This document shows positions 7,062 to 16,748 of a stretch of DNA of 32,000 nt, piece after piece. Origin of the DNA: Candidatus Altimarinota bacterium (GTDB lineage: Bacteria; Patescibacteriota; Gracilibacteria; UBA1369); assembly GCA_041659405.1 (NCBI GenBank), contig JBAZYK010000006.1, forward strand, positions 60,001-92,000, given 5' to 3'. The notes below the pieces were generated by a model. The model saw only the letters and a program-made list of their open reading frames with translations, searched no databases and was not told where the DNA came from. The first letter of the stretch is position 1. The number at the start of each line of letters is the position of its first letter. Both the position numbers and the translations under genes were made by a program.

Positions 7062-8459
7062 TTACGAATTTAAGTTCGGATTCGCTTGAAGCCCTCCAGC
7101 TTTTTTCAAAACATCTGCATTAAGTTTCACATTAGCCGGCGCAAAACTCTGCCCACTTGGCGCACTCGCCGCATTTTTAGAACTATCCGTTCCATACAAA
7201 GAAAAGTTAAACACCGGCAAGAACGAACTCAAGCCAATATTCACATCAATACTTTGCAGATACTGATCATTCAAAGCAAAACCATCAGCTTTAATTGAAG
7301 CGGACTCTCGAACTAAACCTTCGCCTTTTTTAGCAATCACACGATAATAAATATTGGCTACACCGGCTGCAATCTCCTGTTGATCAAACGCAAGCACCGC
7401 CGGATTTACAACATTGGTCAAAACCAAATAATTTTGTGTATGATTTTGAACAAACTCTGAAATTGTGCAACCACCATCCTTCGCATTTTGAACAGCAATT
7501 TTTTCATCCAAAGTATTATTTTTGACCTTACCCTGAAAATTCTGATTATTTGAGTCTGAAAGATAACACTGACGAGCACCACTCCATGGTTTCCAGTCCC
7601 CCGTAACCGGATCAGTCAAAATTGGATACTGACAAATTGTTTTATCATTTGGCTGATCTACAATCTCTTTATTTGTACCAATACAAACCGGATTATCCGG
7701 AGAATTATCTTTAAGAGCAGGATAAAAATCCGAGATTGAATCGGTTGATTTAGAATCAGCCATATCACCAGTTTGAGAATAACCAAAAATCTTCCAACGC
7801 AACACATCTAAACGATCAATGATACCGGGATCCGCATTTAGAACAGAATTATTTTGATCACGCCAAGGAAAATAATATTCAATCATAAAATCTTCCACAT
7901 TTTTCATAGTAACATGCCCATTTGCATCTATCTCTGGCCGTGACAAAGGAATCACAATCGAGCCATTAAGCGGTAAAGCATTATAAGTTGCCGCAGCTGG
8001 AAGATTATTTGGACTCGTTGGCATTGCCCCGGCACTATTTGGGCTCACAATTTTGCCATCGGGACTCAACCAGACCAATTGATCCGGGTCAAAAGAAGGA
8101 ATGCTGTCCGCCTGATTCAGGATTTGATAAGAATAGTGGAAATCCGGATTTGATTTAGGATCAGCCTTAAAATCGACTTTGCCAGGAGTCCCATCTTTGC
8201 CATTTGTTTGATACCCCGGGGCATTTTCATGCAAATCCAGTAACGCATTTTCAATCCCCGCTTCGGCTGAAAAATAAGCTTTGCCTGAAGCCACCAAATC
8301 CTTGGTCTGGCGAATTTCCCGAATAACCAAATCGCTCATCCCCAAAGTCAAAACCATCAACACGCCCATCACCAAAATGGCAACTAAAAGCGCACTACCA
8401 GACTTGGAGCCGGCGCGACTTTCCACTTTCGATCTAATTTTTCGGATAACTTTTTTCAT
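7062..8459 (-). CDS. PilX-like large pilus-associated protein (putative minor pilin or tip component)
   Basis: The N-terminus GSALLVAILVMGVLMVLTLGMS...AYFSAEAGIENAL matches the PilX N-terminal pattern (hydrophobic helix followed by AEAG). It is the last gene of the pilus operon. The remaining roughly 400 aa are not recognised. Confidence 0.55.
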   Translation of the reverse strand: MKKVIRKIRSKVESRAGSKSGSALLVAILVMGVLMVLTLGMSDLVIREIRQTKDLVASGKAYFSAEAGIENALLDLHENAPGYQTNGKDGTPGKVDFKADPKSNPDFHYSYQILNQADSIPSFDPDQLVWLSPDGKIVSPNSAGAMPTSPNNLPAAATYNALPLNGSIVIPLSRPEIDANGHVTMKNVEDFMIEYYFPWRDQNNSVLNADPGIIDRLDVLRWKIFGYSQTGDMADSKSTDSISDFYPALKDNSPDNPVCIGTNKEIVDQPNDKTICQYPILTDPVTGDWKPWSGARQCYLSDSNNQNFQGKVKNNTLDEKIAVQNAKDGGCTISEFVQNHTQNYLVLTNVVNPAVLAFDQQEIAAGVANIYYRVIAKKGEGLVRESASIKADGFALNDQYLQSIDVNIGLSSFLPVFNFSLYGTDSSKNAASAPSGQSFAPANVKLNADVLKKAGGLQANPNLNS

Positions 8460-8464
8460 AAATA

Positions 8465-9223
8465 TTATTTGCGACTATAAACTCGTGAAGAAAAACTTGT
8501 TTGTAAATCCAATTTAAATGGCGTCAAACCCTTACCAACATTTTCTGCAGTCAAAAACACATTCACCAGCGGCTGAAACTGATCACCACTTTTATCCACA
8601 TTCAAAGCGGCATAAGGATTTACCGCCGGATTCAAAACAAAACCCAAATTTTTAATTTTCACATCATTAGACAAAAGATTGCGATAACCATCCTGATCAA
8701 CGCCTTCACTCCCATCTCCACCCTGAGGATATGCATCCTCAGCCTGCCATGAGCCACCACTATCATGCTTGTATTTTCTTACTTGAGCAGTATGTAATGC
8801 TAAATTAAAGCGATAAACTGTTAACTCGGTATTTTCTTTATCGATCAAAGCCAGATAATTTTGCTTGAATTGGCCTGTTATATCCGACTTAACATCAGAA
8901 GGACAAGCTTCCAAATTAGCAGACGGATCCGGATTATTATTATTTTGAGGTTGAAGTTCATAACAATCATAAGCCGGCGAACCCAAACGGGCATCCTGCG
9001 CCAAAGTTTCAAAAAATACACGCAATTCCGAATAGATTTTGCGCACGCCGTTGGCTTGTCTTTGCGATCTAATAATACCCACATAGGACTGCGAAACTAT
9101 CCCCAAAAATACAATAAAAATGGACATACTGATCAAAAGTTCGATCAAAGTGAAGCCTTTTCGACTCTGGTTGGAGCTGGAACTATTTTGTTTTTTGCCA
9201 ACTTTTTTCAGCAAATTCATCAT
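8465..9223 (-). CDS. Type IV pilin-like protein (prepilin, minor-pilin class)
   Basis: Class III signal peptide ...SRKG|FTLIELLISMSIFIVFLG with Glu5. Start set at ATG 9223, preceded by GGAAAGGAGG (SD) and in an ATGA overlap with the upstream gene. Confidence 0.8.
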   Translation of the reverse strand: MMNLLKKVGKKQNSSSSNQSRKGFTLIELLISMSIFIVFLGIVSQSYVGIIRSQRQANGVRKIYSELRVFFETLAQDARLGSPAYDCYELQPQNNNNPDPSANLEACPSDVKSDITGQFKQNYLALIDKENTELTVYRFNLALHTAQVRKYKHDSGGSWQAEDAYPQGGDGSEGVDQDGYRNLLSNDVKIKNLGFVLNPAVNPYAALNVDKSGDQFQPLVNVFLTAENVGKGLTPFKLDLQTSFSSRVYSRK

Positions 9224-9933
9224 AGTGGGCCTCCTTTCCAATCCGTAAGTTCGGTTGTTAAGCTGACTTCACGGTCACGGCCACTTTCGGTCCAAGAAAC
9301 CACGACAGTCACGCGATATTTTAAAGGTCGATCTTCGTTATTTTTATAATCAATCGGATTATTATAAGGAACGGTCACTGTTTCCACCTTTATGTAGCGG
9401 TGAAAAGGACTCGGCAGATCACTCTGTTCATGAACATATTTAACTAAAGGATCACCCTGTTTATAAAGCAAAGTCGCACTGGAAGTACTCACAGGTTGAT
9501 CATTTAAAACCTTAAGTGACCATGGCGCACAAGTTGCAATAGTAGCGCTATTAATTGTTGAATCCTTACAAAAATCAGGATCAGGATCTTTAAGATCCAA
9601 AGTATAATATTGAGTCAAATTCAAATCAGGCAAAGCGGAACCCCAAACCGAATTTTTCTGTGTACCTATTGTGCCCTTAAAATCCGCGCCCAAAAGCCAG
9701 TTGCTATCACGAACATTGCGCATGCCTTCAATCCCCTGCTGCGCCAGTTCAAAAGCCACCAAAGAGTTAATATTCTGACTATTGTTACGGATAATTGAAA
9801 CCAACAAATTTGTACTGGCCACAACCACCATAATCAAAACACTCATCGCCACAATGACTTCCGGCAGCGTAAAAGCCCCAGCCTTTCGAGCTATGGCCCA
9901 CGCTTTCCCCGATTGTGTTTTTTTCTTTAACAT
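9220..9933 (-). CDS. Type IV pilin-like protein (prepilin)
   Basis: N-terminus ...ARKAGA|FTLPEVIVAMSVLIMVVV, a prepilin motif with Glu5 and Ala at -1. Confidence 0.75.
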   Translation of the reverse strand: MLKKKTQSGKAWAIARKAGAFTLPEVIVAMSVLIMVVVASTNLLVSIIRNNSQNINSLVAFELAQQGIEGMRNVRDSNWLLGADFKGTIGTQKNSVWGSALPDLNLTQYYTLDLKDPDPDFCKDSTINSATIATCAPWSLKVLNDQPVSTSSATLLYKQGDPLVKYVHEQSDLPSPFHRYIKVETVTVPYNNPIDYKNNEDRPLKYRVTVVVSWTESGRDREVSLTTELTDWKGGPL

Positions 9934-10571
9934 TGATCGGGAGTTAAGATCGAAAAGACACCGGTAGTATTATTTAAAACAAAACAACGTTTATCGGCAG
10001 TACCAACCAAACCAATTACTATTTTCATTTGTTGAACAGAATTCACAACTCCAACAAAATCACGTTTTCCAAGTGGTGGTTTGTAAAAAACCTTCAAATC
10101 ATTTTGATCCTGCGAACTCTGATTTTGATCCATCAATGAAATTTTACTAATCTCCAAATCTTCAAATGAACTTATATTCATGGTTTGAACTGAATTTGCG
10201 CCACAAGCATCGGCATCATTACCCTGCACAGCGTGATAAGGATTTATCAAATATTGAACCGGAACGACCGGCTGACCACCCTGACCCTGACCATTTTGAG
10301 AATCAGAAACCCGCAAATCTACACCATAACAGGCAATTCCCGTTTGTGATTTTCCAGCTTCCTGAAATGTCACCAACTGCCCACTTTTAGCTTTCTGTTC
10401 CTGTTCTTTAAAAATACTAATAAGCGTATCCACACCCAATTCCAACTTGGCCTGTTTTCTGGTGGCGGCATAATTACCAACCGCAACCGCACCAATAATG
10501 CCAACGATTGTAATCACAACCAGCATTTCTATCAGTGTAAAAGCCTTTCTTGTTTGAGGAGCCTTGCGCAT
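9927..10571 (-). CDS. Type IV pilin (candidate major pilin by position directly after pilC)
   Basis: MRKAPQTRKA|FTLIEMLVVITIVGIIGAVAVGNY, a prepilin motif with Glu5 and Ala at -1. Confidence 0.75.
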   Translation of the reverse strand: MRKAPQTRKAFTLIEMLVVITIVGIIGAVAVGNYAATRKQAKLELGVDTLISIFKEQEQKAKSGQLVTFQEAGKSQTGIACYGVDLRVSDSQNGQGQGGQPVVPVQYLINPYHAVQGNDADACGANSVQTMNISSFEDLEISKISLMDQNQSSQDQNDLKVFYKPPLGKRDFVGVVNSVQQMKIVIGLVGTADKRCFVLNNTTGVFSILTPDQC

Positions 10572-10590
10572 CGAATCTTAGTACAAAAAA

Positions 10591-11841
10591 TTAAACCAGC
10601 TGACTTAAACGGAAAATCGGAGTAAGAATGGCCAAAGCCAAAATCGCTACAGTCAAGCCAACAAACACGATCATAATTGGCTCAAATAATGAAGTTAAAC
10701 GCTTCAAAGAATTATCAATTTCAAGATCATACTGCTTGGCGATTTTTCCGGAGATCAAACCAATCGAAGCCGATTGTTCGCCAACCGCCAACATCTGCAC
10801 AACTGTTTCCGGAAACAAAAAAGGCGTATCCATCAAACTGCTGGAAATTTTTTCACCCTGCTGCACGCGGGAAATCACCTCAAAAACTTTCAAACGATAA
10901 AGTTCGCTACTTAATGAAGTCGCCACAATATTTAAAATTTGAACCAAAGGCAAACCGGCTTCAACCAAAATTCCCAACATGCTTACAAAACGCAACACCA
11001 GCATGTTTCTAAAAAGTGGTCCCAGAATCGGTAATTTCAATTTAAAATAATCCCATTTATAACGACCACTTTCTGTAGTAACTATAATTCTAAAAAGTAA
11101 AACGGCTATAATCAGGCCAAAAAGGACGGCCCACCAATAACCCGCAAAAATCGCACTAATCGTAATCAACAATTTGGTCGCAAACGGAAAATCGGCCTCT
11201 TTAAGACCACCTTCCTGCAAAAGATTAACCAGAGTTGGAATCACCCAAATTAACATTGCGGTAGAAGCCAAAACCAAAACGCCCAAAACCGCTATAGGAT
11301 AAATAGAAGCGGTCACGAGTTTAATTTGAAGTTCATTGGTTTTGCTGAGCTGCTCGGACAAACGAAGTAACATTTTATCCAGATTTCCCGCAGCTTCCCC
11401 GGCTTTCACCACACCAACTTCCAGTTCACCAAAAACATTTGGAAAACGGGCCATGGATTCCGAAAGCGTTTTACCCTGACTAACGTTATAGGCAATTGTA
11501 TTCAAAATACGGCGAAGACGTTCACTTTTGGTCCTACCGGCAAGCATTTTTAAGCCCTGCATGGTTGGAATTCCGGCATCCACAATCACCGCCAAAAGTT
11601 GGAAAAAATAAGCTTTTTCCTGCAACGGCACATGACTATGATCAACAAAAAAGTCATTCAAGCGCGTAAAAAGCGAATGCCTGGAAGCGTCATACAAACC
11701 ATAAATAATTTCAGGCTTAGCGGCAGTCGCCTTGCTTTGACCGGCTTGCAGATCTTTTAAAACACTCTGCGAAGAACTCGTTGCATTGCTTGTGGCAGCA
11801 ACAGGCGCTTCGTTCGAATTTGAGAAATTAATTTTTTCCAT
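10591..11841 (-). CDS. pilC: Type IV pilus platform protein PilC (GspF family)
   Basis: 416 aa polytopic protein with duplicated GspF-type cytoplasmic domains (FPNVFGELEVGVVKAGEAAGNLDKML; FPETVVQMLAVGEQSASIGLI). Confidence 0.88.
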   Translation of the reverse strand: MEKINFSNSNEAPVAATSNATSSSQSVLKDLQAGQSKATAAKPEIIYGLYDASRHSLFTRLNDFFVDHSHVPLQEKAYFFQLLAVIVDAGIPTMQGLKMLAGRTKSERLRRILNTIAYNVSQGKTLSESMARFPNVFGELEVGVVKAGEAAGNLDKMLLRLSEQLSKTNELQIKLVTASIYPIAVLGVLVLASTAMLIWVIPTLVNLLQEGGLKEADFPFATKLLITISAIFAGYWWAVLFGLIIAVLLFRIIVTTESGRYKWDYFKLKLPILGPLFRNMLVLRFVSMLGILVEAGLPLVQILNIVATSLSSELYRLKVFEVISRVQQGEKISSSLMDTPFLFPETVVQMLAVGEQSASIGLISGKIAKQYDLEIDNSLKRLTSLFEPIMIVFVGLTVAILALAILTPIFRLSQLV

Positions 11842-11850
11842 AAAGTTTGA

Positions 11851-12408
11851 TTAAATTCGATCCTGATAATAAGTTTCCATGTTCAAATTAAAATTAACGC
11901 GGGTCGCACCGGTATCGGTTTTTCCGGTCTGCACCGTAATTGATTTCACCACCAATTTACGGGTATTCCCTTCAACCGCCCGCAAAAAATCAATCAAAGC
12001 GGTATCGCTGCTTGTAACATTAACATTTACAGTCGCCCTTTTAATTTTATCTTGAGTATTTCCGGCCAAACTAAAGTTCACGCCATTCAAAGTCACGTTG
12101 GCTTTTTGGGCAAGATCGGTCAAATCCTGCAAAAGTTTATCCTGTTCAAAACGCTCGGGAATAGAAGCCAAAGTTGTCTGCTGGCTGACTTCCGAACTTG
12201 CATTCAAGCTTTTCTGCAAATCCTGAAGATCCTGATATTGCTTGGAGAAAGTATCTTTTTGCTGTTGCAGACTAAAGACCTCGGTTTTCAAGCCGCCCAC
12301 CTCACTCCAAAGCGGACTAACGTAATAAAGGCCGCCTCCCAAAATAATCAAAAAAATGATTAAAGTTGGAAGAGCGTAATGTTTTTTGGATGATAAAGTC
12401 GTTGTCAT
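11851..12408 (-). CDS. pilO: PilO-like pilus assembly protein
   Basis: Single N-terminal TM helix, then a coiled-coil (LKTEVFSLQQQKDTFSKQYQDLQDLQ) and an alpha/beta C-terminus. It lies between the pilN-like gene and pilC. The call rests on architecture and synteny only. Confidence 0.55.
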   Translation of the reverse strand: MTTTLSSKKHYALPTLIIFLIILGGGLYYVSPLWSEVGGLKTEVFSLQQQKDTFSKQYQDLQDLQKSLNASSEVSQQTTLASIPERFEQDKLLQDLTDLAQKANVTLNGVNFSLAGNTQDKIKRATVNVNVTSSDTALIDFLRAVEGNTRKLVVKSITVQTGKTDTGATRVNFNLNMETYYQDRI

Positions 12409-12445
12409 AAAATTATTAAAATGGAAATTAATTTTGAGTTTAAGA

Positions 12446-13141
12446 TTATGGCACCAGGGTTTGTGTTAGGGCTGGAGCCACGGTTGGCGTTGCAGCCGGA
12501 TTTACTGTCGGAGTTCTTGGAACCGGTTTTGGTTGAATTTGAACCGATTGATCAACTACAGGCGTTAAATTTTCCGGAGCCTGTTCGGTATATGTAACAT
12601 TGAAAATAAAACTCAAAATGGTTTGGCCGTTATCGGCAAGGCCTTTAGTAACCGAAGGAATGTAAGCATCCCGGAAATAAGCACTATTGTTAAAAACATT
12701 AATAAGCTGAGAAACATCAGCAAATGGAGGAATTACGGCCGGAGTTGTTTCCGCGTTAAGCGTCAATTTTCCACCCGCCGCTCCGGAATAAGACAAAAAG
12801 TGAATTTTTGAAGCATTGCTAAATGAATCAACCGGAATATTTTTCTGCAAAGCGCTCAAAACCTTTGACCAGACAATTTCGCTTTTTTGACTTTCAGCGA
12901 GCCAATTTTTGGCCAACTGAGCCGCCTCAATCTTTTTACTCTTCAAATCGTTAATTTGGGTTTGGAGCAAATCGACGTCGGTCTTTATTTGATCGCGCTG
13001 CGATACAATTGCCGACTTTTGGAAAAAAAGATAAAATCCAGCTGCCGTTAATGAAAGAAGTAGAATAACCCCTAAAACAAGCAATGCCGGACTACTTTTT
13101 TGAACCTCGACGATCGAAGCTACCGTTTTTTTTGTTTCCAT
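12446..13141 (-). CDS. pilN: PilN-like pilus assembly protein
   Basis: Single TM helix, a coiled-coil (DVDLLQTQINDLKSKKIEAAQL) and a P/T-rich tail. It is the first gene of the operon. The call rests on architecture and synteny only, and no INLLP-type PilM-binding motif was seen. Confidence 0.5.
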   Translation of the reverse strand: METKKTVASIVEVQKSSPALLVLGVILLLSLTAAGFYLFFQKSAIVSQRDQIKTDVDLLQTQINDLKSKKIEAAQLAKNWLAESQKSEIVWSKVLSALQKNIPVDSFSNASKIHFLSYSGAAGGKLTLNAETTPAVIPPFADVSQLINVFNNSAYFRDAYIPSVTKGLADNGQTILSFIFNVTYTEQAPENLTPVVDQSVQIQPKPVPRTPTVNPAATPTVAPALTQTLVP

Positions 13142-13185
13142 AGGTTTTAGAAAAGGATTAAATCTCTATATAATACCATTTTTCA

Positions 13186-13587
13186 GTGAAAAAATCTACT
13201 GCCAAAACTGCTAAAAAGGGTCATCCAAGCAAAAAATCGTCTGCCCGGGGTGAAAAAACCACCGAAAGGCGCAATTTCATCCATCTTAACGAGGGATTTA
13301 GCTGTGGCAAATGCGGCAAAATGAACCCAAAAGCTGCAGGAACCTGCCGCAACCATTGCCGATTTTGCCTGTTTTCAAGACATGTCGATGCCAAAGTCCC
13401 CGGCGACCGCGCAAGCAAATGCCAAAATTTGATGGAACCGGTGGCAATCAAAGCCGATGGAAAAAAGGGCTTTCAAATTCTGCATCGTTGCCTTGAATGC
13501 GACAAAGAAATCTGGAACAAAAAAGCCGATGACGATGAACTTGATGCGATTATCGCTCTTATGCAAAGACAGAACAACTCAAATTAA
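13186..13587 (+). CDS. RNHCP-domain zinc-ribbon protein with a Lys-rich N-terminal tail
   Basis: GTG start. CGKCG...CRNHCRFCLFSRHVD...CLEC matches the RNHCP-domain signature (RNHCP.CL.S.HVD) with four Cys pairs. Confidence 0.7.
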   Translation: MKKSTAKTAKKGHPSKKSSARGEKTTERRNFIHLNEGFSCGKCGKMNPKAAGTCRNHCRFCLFSRHVDAKVPGDRASKCQNLMEPVAIKADGKKGFQILHRCLECDKEIWNKKADDDELDAIIALMQRQNNSN

Positions 13588-13628
13588 AACTTCGGCAAAC
13601 CAACCGAAAATGTCACAAAAAACTTCTT

Positions 13629-14693
13629 ATGACGGAAAACGAATTCGAAAAAAATCTGGATACATATCTAAAAAACGGCTCCACCATGATCGTGGGCGTT
13701 TCCGGCGGCCCCGATTCGATCTATTTATTAAAGCGCCTTTTTGACTATTCTCAAAACCACCAACTCAAAATTATTGTTGCCCATGTAAATCATGGTTTGC
13801 GCGGTAAAGAAAATCAGATCGAAGAAAAATTCGTCCAAAATCTGGCAATAAAATATGAATTCCCTTTTGAATCAATCAAACTTCATCTAAAAACCCTGCA
13901 CGGAAAGAAGCCCACTCCGCCCGCTACAAAAAAAGAAACTTCATTCGTGGCAAAATCCCAAAAAAACGGGGAAACCAACGGCAATCTGGAAGAAATCGCC
14001 CGCCAAAAGCGTTACGCCTTTTTTGAAAAATTGCGTCAAAAATATGATGCCGATTACGTTATTGTCGCCCATCACCTTAATGACAATATCGAAACCGCCC
14101 TTTTTAATCTGATCCGCGGAGCCTCTTTTCAGGGCATTAAAGGCATGAAAATGTACAACCACCAAACGCACATTTTAAGACCGCTGCTCAAAATCACCAA
14201 AAAAGAAATTCTTGATTTTCTAAAGAAAAACAAACTTAAATCTCACTTTGATGAAAGCAACAAGGATCTGCGATTTTCCCGCAACCTTCTGCGCCAAAAA
14301 GCCATTCCACTTTTTAATAAAATCAACTCCGGGTTTGAAAAAACTTTCCAGGAAAATCTTCAAAATTTCACCGAAATTGCCGAATTTATTGAAGAAAAAA
14401 GTACAACGTGGCTCCAAAAAAATCTGCAGGATCAACGTTTTCCGCTTACAAAGTTTCTTGAACTCCCCTCGTTCCTCCAAAAAAACATTCTCGTCCAGCT
14501 TTATCAAACAACTTACGGCTCAACCAACAAACTCACACTCCAACAACTTCAGGAAATTTTAAAAGTTTTAAAACTCCAAAAATCCAATCGCAAAAAAGAA
14601 TTTGGCACCCGATTTTTCATTCAAGTCATCAAAAAAAACGAAAGCTCCCCGCGTGAAGTTGAACTCAAATTGAAGCCATTGAAAAAAGCTTAA
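13629..14693 (+). CDS. tilS: tRNA(Ile)-lysidine synthetase
   Basis: PP-loop [18 protein letters not shown] and [11 protein letters not shown] motifs, plus the conserved tilS-ftsH synteny. Confidence 0.88.
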   Translation: MTENEFEKNLDTYLKNGSTMIVGVSGGPDSIYLLKRLFDYSQNHQLKIIVAHVNHGLRGKENQIEEKFVQNLAIKYEFPFESIKLHLKTLHGKKPTPPATKKETSFVAKSQKNGETNGNLEEIARQKRYAFFEKLRQKYDADYVIVAHHLNDNIETALFNLIRGASFQGIKGMKMYNHQTHILRPLLKITKKEILDFLKKNKLKSHFDESNKDLRFSRNLLRQKAIPLFNKINSGFEKTFQENLQNFTEIAEFIEEKSTTWLQKNLQDQRFPLTKFLELPSFLQKNILVQLYQTTYGSTNKLTLQQLQEILKVLKLQKSNRKKEFGTRFFIQVIKKNESSPREVELKLKPLKKA

Positions 14694-14724
14694 AAAAGTC
14701 TACAATAGTGACACCTTAAAAGAT

Positions 14725-16638
14725 ATGCCAATGCTTAAAATACAAAACCGAAAACCCGGAAACAGTTTCATTTATTTAATAGTAGCCGCTTTAATAATTG
14801 CCGCCGCCTTCATTATTTTTAGTCCGGGCAGCAGCAACATCAAAAAAATCACCCTGGACCAATTCGTTCAGCAGGCCAAAAGTGGTGAAATCGGAAAAAT
14901 ATCCTTAAGCGATAACAAGCTCAACATCACCAGAATTGATGATACCAAGGAATATACCTATAAAGAAGGAGGTCAAACCATCAGTGATCTTTTAAAAGAC
15001 GTACCGGAACAATCCAAAAAAGATATCCAGATTGATATTCAGGCACCGGACGGCCAGGACTTTTGGCTAAATCTGATCATCAGCATTTTACCCTTCTTAT
15101 TAATAGTTGGATTTTTTGCCTTCATGATGCGCCAGGCGCAAAGCAGCAATAATCAGGCTATGTCTTTTGGTAAAAGCAAAGCCCGCCTTTATGATAAAGA
15201 TAAACAAAAAACCACTTTTCAGGATGTGGCCGGTGCCAAAGAAGCCAAAGAAGAATTGATTGAAATTGTCGATTTCCTTAAAAACCCAACCAAATATACG
15301 CAAATGGGAGCCAAAATTCCTAAAGGTGTACTTTTGGTGGGAGCCCCCGGAACAGGTAAAACTTTGCTCGCCCGCGCAGTTGCCGGTGAAGCCAACGTAC
15401 CTTTCTTTAACATCTCCGGTTCTGAATTTGTAGAAATGTTTGTGGGAGTTGGAGCAAGCCGTGTTCGCGACCTGTTTAAAAAAGCAAAACGCAACGCTCC
15501 ATGTATTATTTTCATTGATGAAATCGATGCCGTTGGCCGCCAGCGCGGAACAGGACTCGGTGGAGGACATGATGAACGTGAACAAACTTTGAATCAGATT
15601 TTGACCGAAATGGATGGTTTTGAAAAAGACACCAATGTTATTGTAATGGCTGCCACAAACCGTCCAGACGTTTTGGATCCGGCGCTTCTTCGCCCGGGTC
15701 GCTTTGATCGTCGCATTGTTGTGGATGTTCCGGACATGGAAGATCGTGAAGCAATTTTAAAGGTTCACGGCCGCAATAAACCTTTGGCAAAAGAGTGTGA
15801 TCTTCTGAAAATTGCTCAACACACTCCTGGTTTTGCCGGTGCCGATCTTGAAAACTTGATGAACGAAGCTGCCATTTTAACCGCTCGCCGTAACAAAAAA
15901 CAGGTAACCATGTCCGAGCTTGAAGAGTCTATTGAAAAAGTTATGATGGGCCCGGAACGCAAATCCCGAGTACTTTCAAAAAAAGAAAAAGAGATCACCG
16001 CTTATCATGAAACAGGTCATGCTTTGGTGGCTCAACTTCTGCCAAATTGCGACCCGGTTCATAAAGTTTCAATCATCTCACGCGGTATGGCTTTGGGTGT
16101 TACCTGGTTCTTGCCAGAAGAAGATAAGCACCTTTATCTTCGCAGCAAATTTGAAGATGAAATGTGTTCACTTTTAGGTGGATATTTATCTGAAATCGCA
16201 ATCTTTGGCGAAATGACCACAGGTGCTTCAAATGACCTTGAAAGAGCAACTCAAATCGCCCGCAACATGGTTACAAAATATGGTATGAGCAGACTTGGCC
16301 CGGTCATTTTTGGTGAGCAGAATCACGAAGTTTTCTTAGGCCGCGATTTTGGCCATGTCAGAAATTACTCAGAAGAAGTTGCTAAAGAAATCGATGAAGA
16401 AGTAAAAGAAATCATCAAAAAAGCCGAAATCAGAACAAAGGATATCATCCAAAAACATTTGGATAAAATCCACATCATTGCCAAGTTTTTGATCGAAAAA
16501 GAAACTATCAACCGTAAACAATTCCTAAAATTCTTTGGTGAAAAAGAAGAAAAAGAAATCGAAAAAAAGAAACGCAAAATGGCCGAAATGAACGAGACCG
16601 AAGCCACCGAAGAAAAAGCAAAAACCACCGAAAATTAA
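14725..16638 (+). CDS. ftsH: ATP-dependent zinc metalloprotease FtsH
   Basis: Two N-terminal TM helices, AAA+ Walker A GAPGTGKT, Walker B IIFIDEID, second region of homology, and the HETGHA zinc site. Confidence 0.97.
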   Translation: MPMLKIQNRKPGNSFIYLIVAALIIAAAFIIFSPGSSNIKKITLDQFVQQAKSGEIGKISLSDNKLNITRIDDTKEYTYKEGGQTISDLLKDVPEQSKKDIQIDIQAPDGQDFWLNLIISILPFLLIVGFFAFMMRQAQSSNNQAMSFGKSKARLYDKDKQKTTFQDVAGAKEAKEELIEIVDFLKNPTKYTQMGAKIPKGVLLVGAPGTGKTLLARAVAGEANVPFFNISGSEFVEMFVGVGASRVRDLFKKAKRNAPCIIFIDEIDAVGRQRGTGLGGGHDEREQTLNQILTEMDGFEKDTNVIVMAATNRPDVLDPALLRPGRFDRRIVVDVPDMEDREAILKVHGRNKPLAKECDLLKIAQHTPGFAGADLENLMNEAAILTARRNKKQVTMSELEESIEKVMMGPERKSRVLSKKEKEITAYHETGHALVAQLLPNCDPVHKVSIISRGMALGVTWFLPEEDKHLYLRSKFEDEMCSLLGGYLSEIAIFGEMTTGASNDLERATQIARNMVTKYGMSRLGPVIFGEQNHEVFLGRDFGHVRNYSEEVAKEIDEEVKEIIKKAEIRTKDIIQKHLDKIHIIAKFLIEKETINRKQFLKFFGEKEEKEIEKKKRKMAEMNETEATEEKAKTTEN

Positions 16639-16649
16639 AAAAACATCCG

Positions 16650-16729
16650 TGTTCAGTTTATGGAATATTATTTGAACACACAGGGCCCCTACCCCGGATG
16701 TGTTCAAATAATATTCCATAAACTGAACA
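16650..16729. repeat. Palindromic element E1: perfect 31-bp inverted repeat around an 18-nt core
   Basis: Arm tgttcagtttatggaatattatttgaacaca (16650-16680) is the exact reverse complement of 16699-16729. The loop is cagggcccctaccccgga (16681-16698). Confidence 0.95.
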
Positions 16730-16748
16730 ATCATTAATCACTAATTAA

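Noticed and set aside
16650-16729. E1 as a known heat-shock operator (CIRCE, HAIR), a ROSE RNA thermometer or an integron attC site.
   Set aside because: The sequence does not match the CIRCE (TTAGCACTC-N9-GAGTGCTAA) or HAIR consensus. The SD/AUG of hsp20 is not inside the stem, as it would be in ROSE. The termini do not fit the attC RYYYAAC/GTTRRRY boxes.
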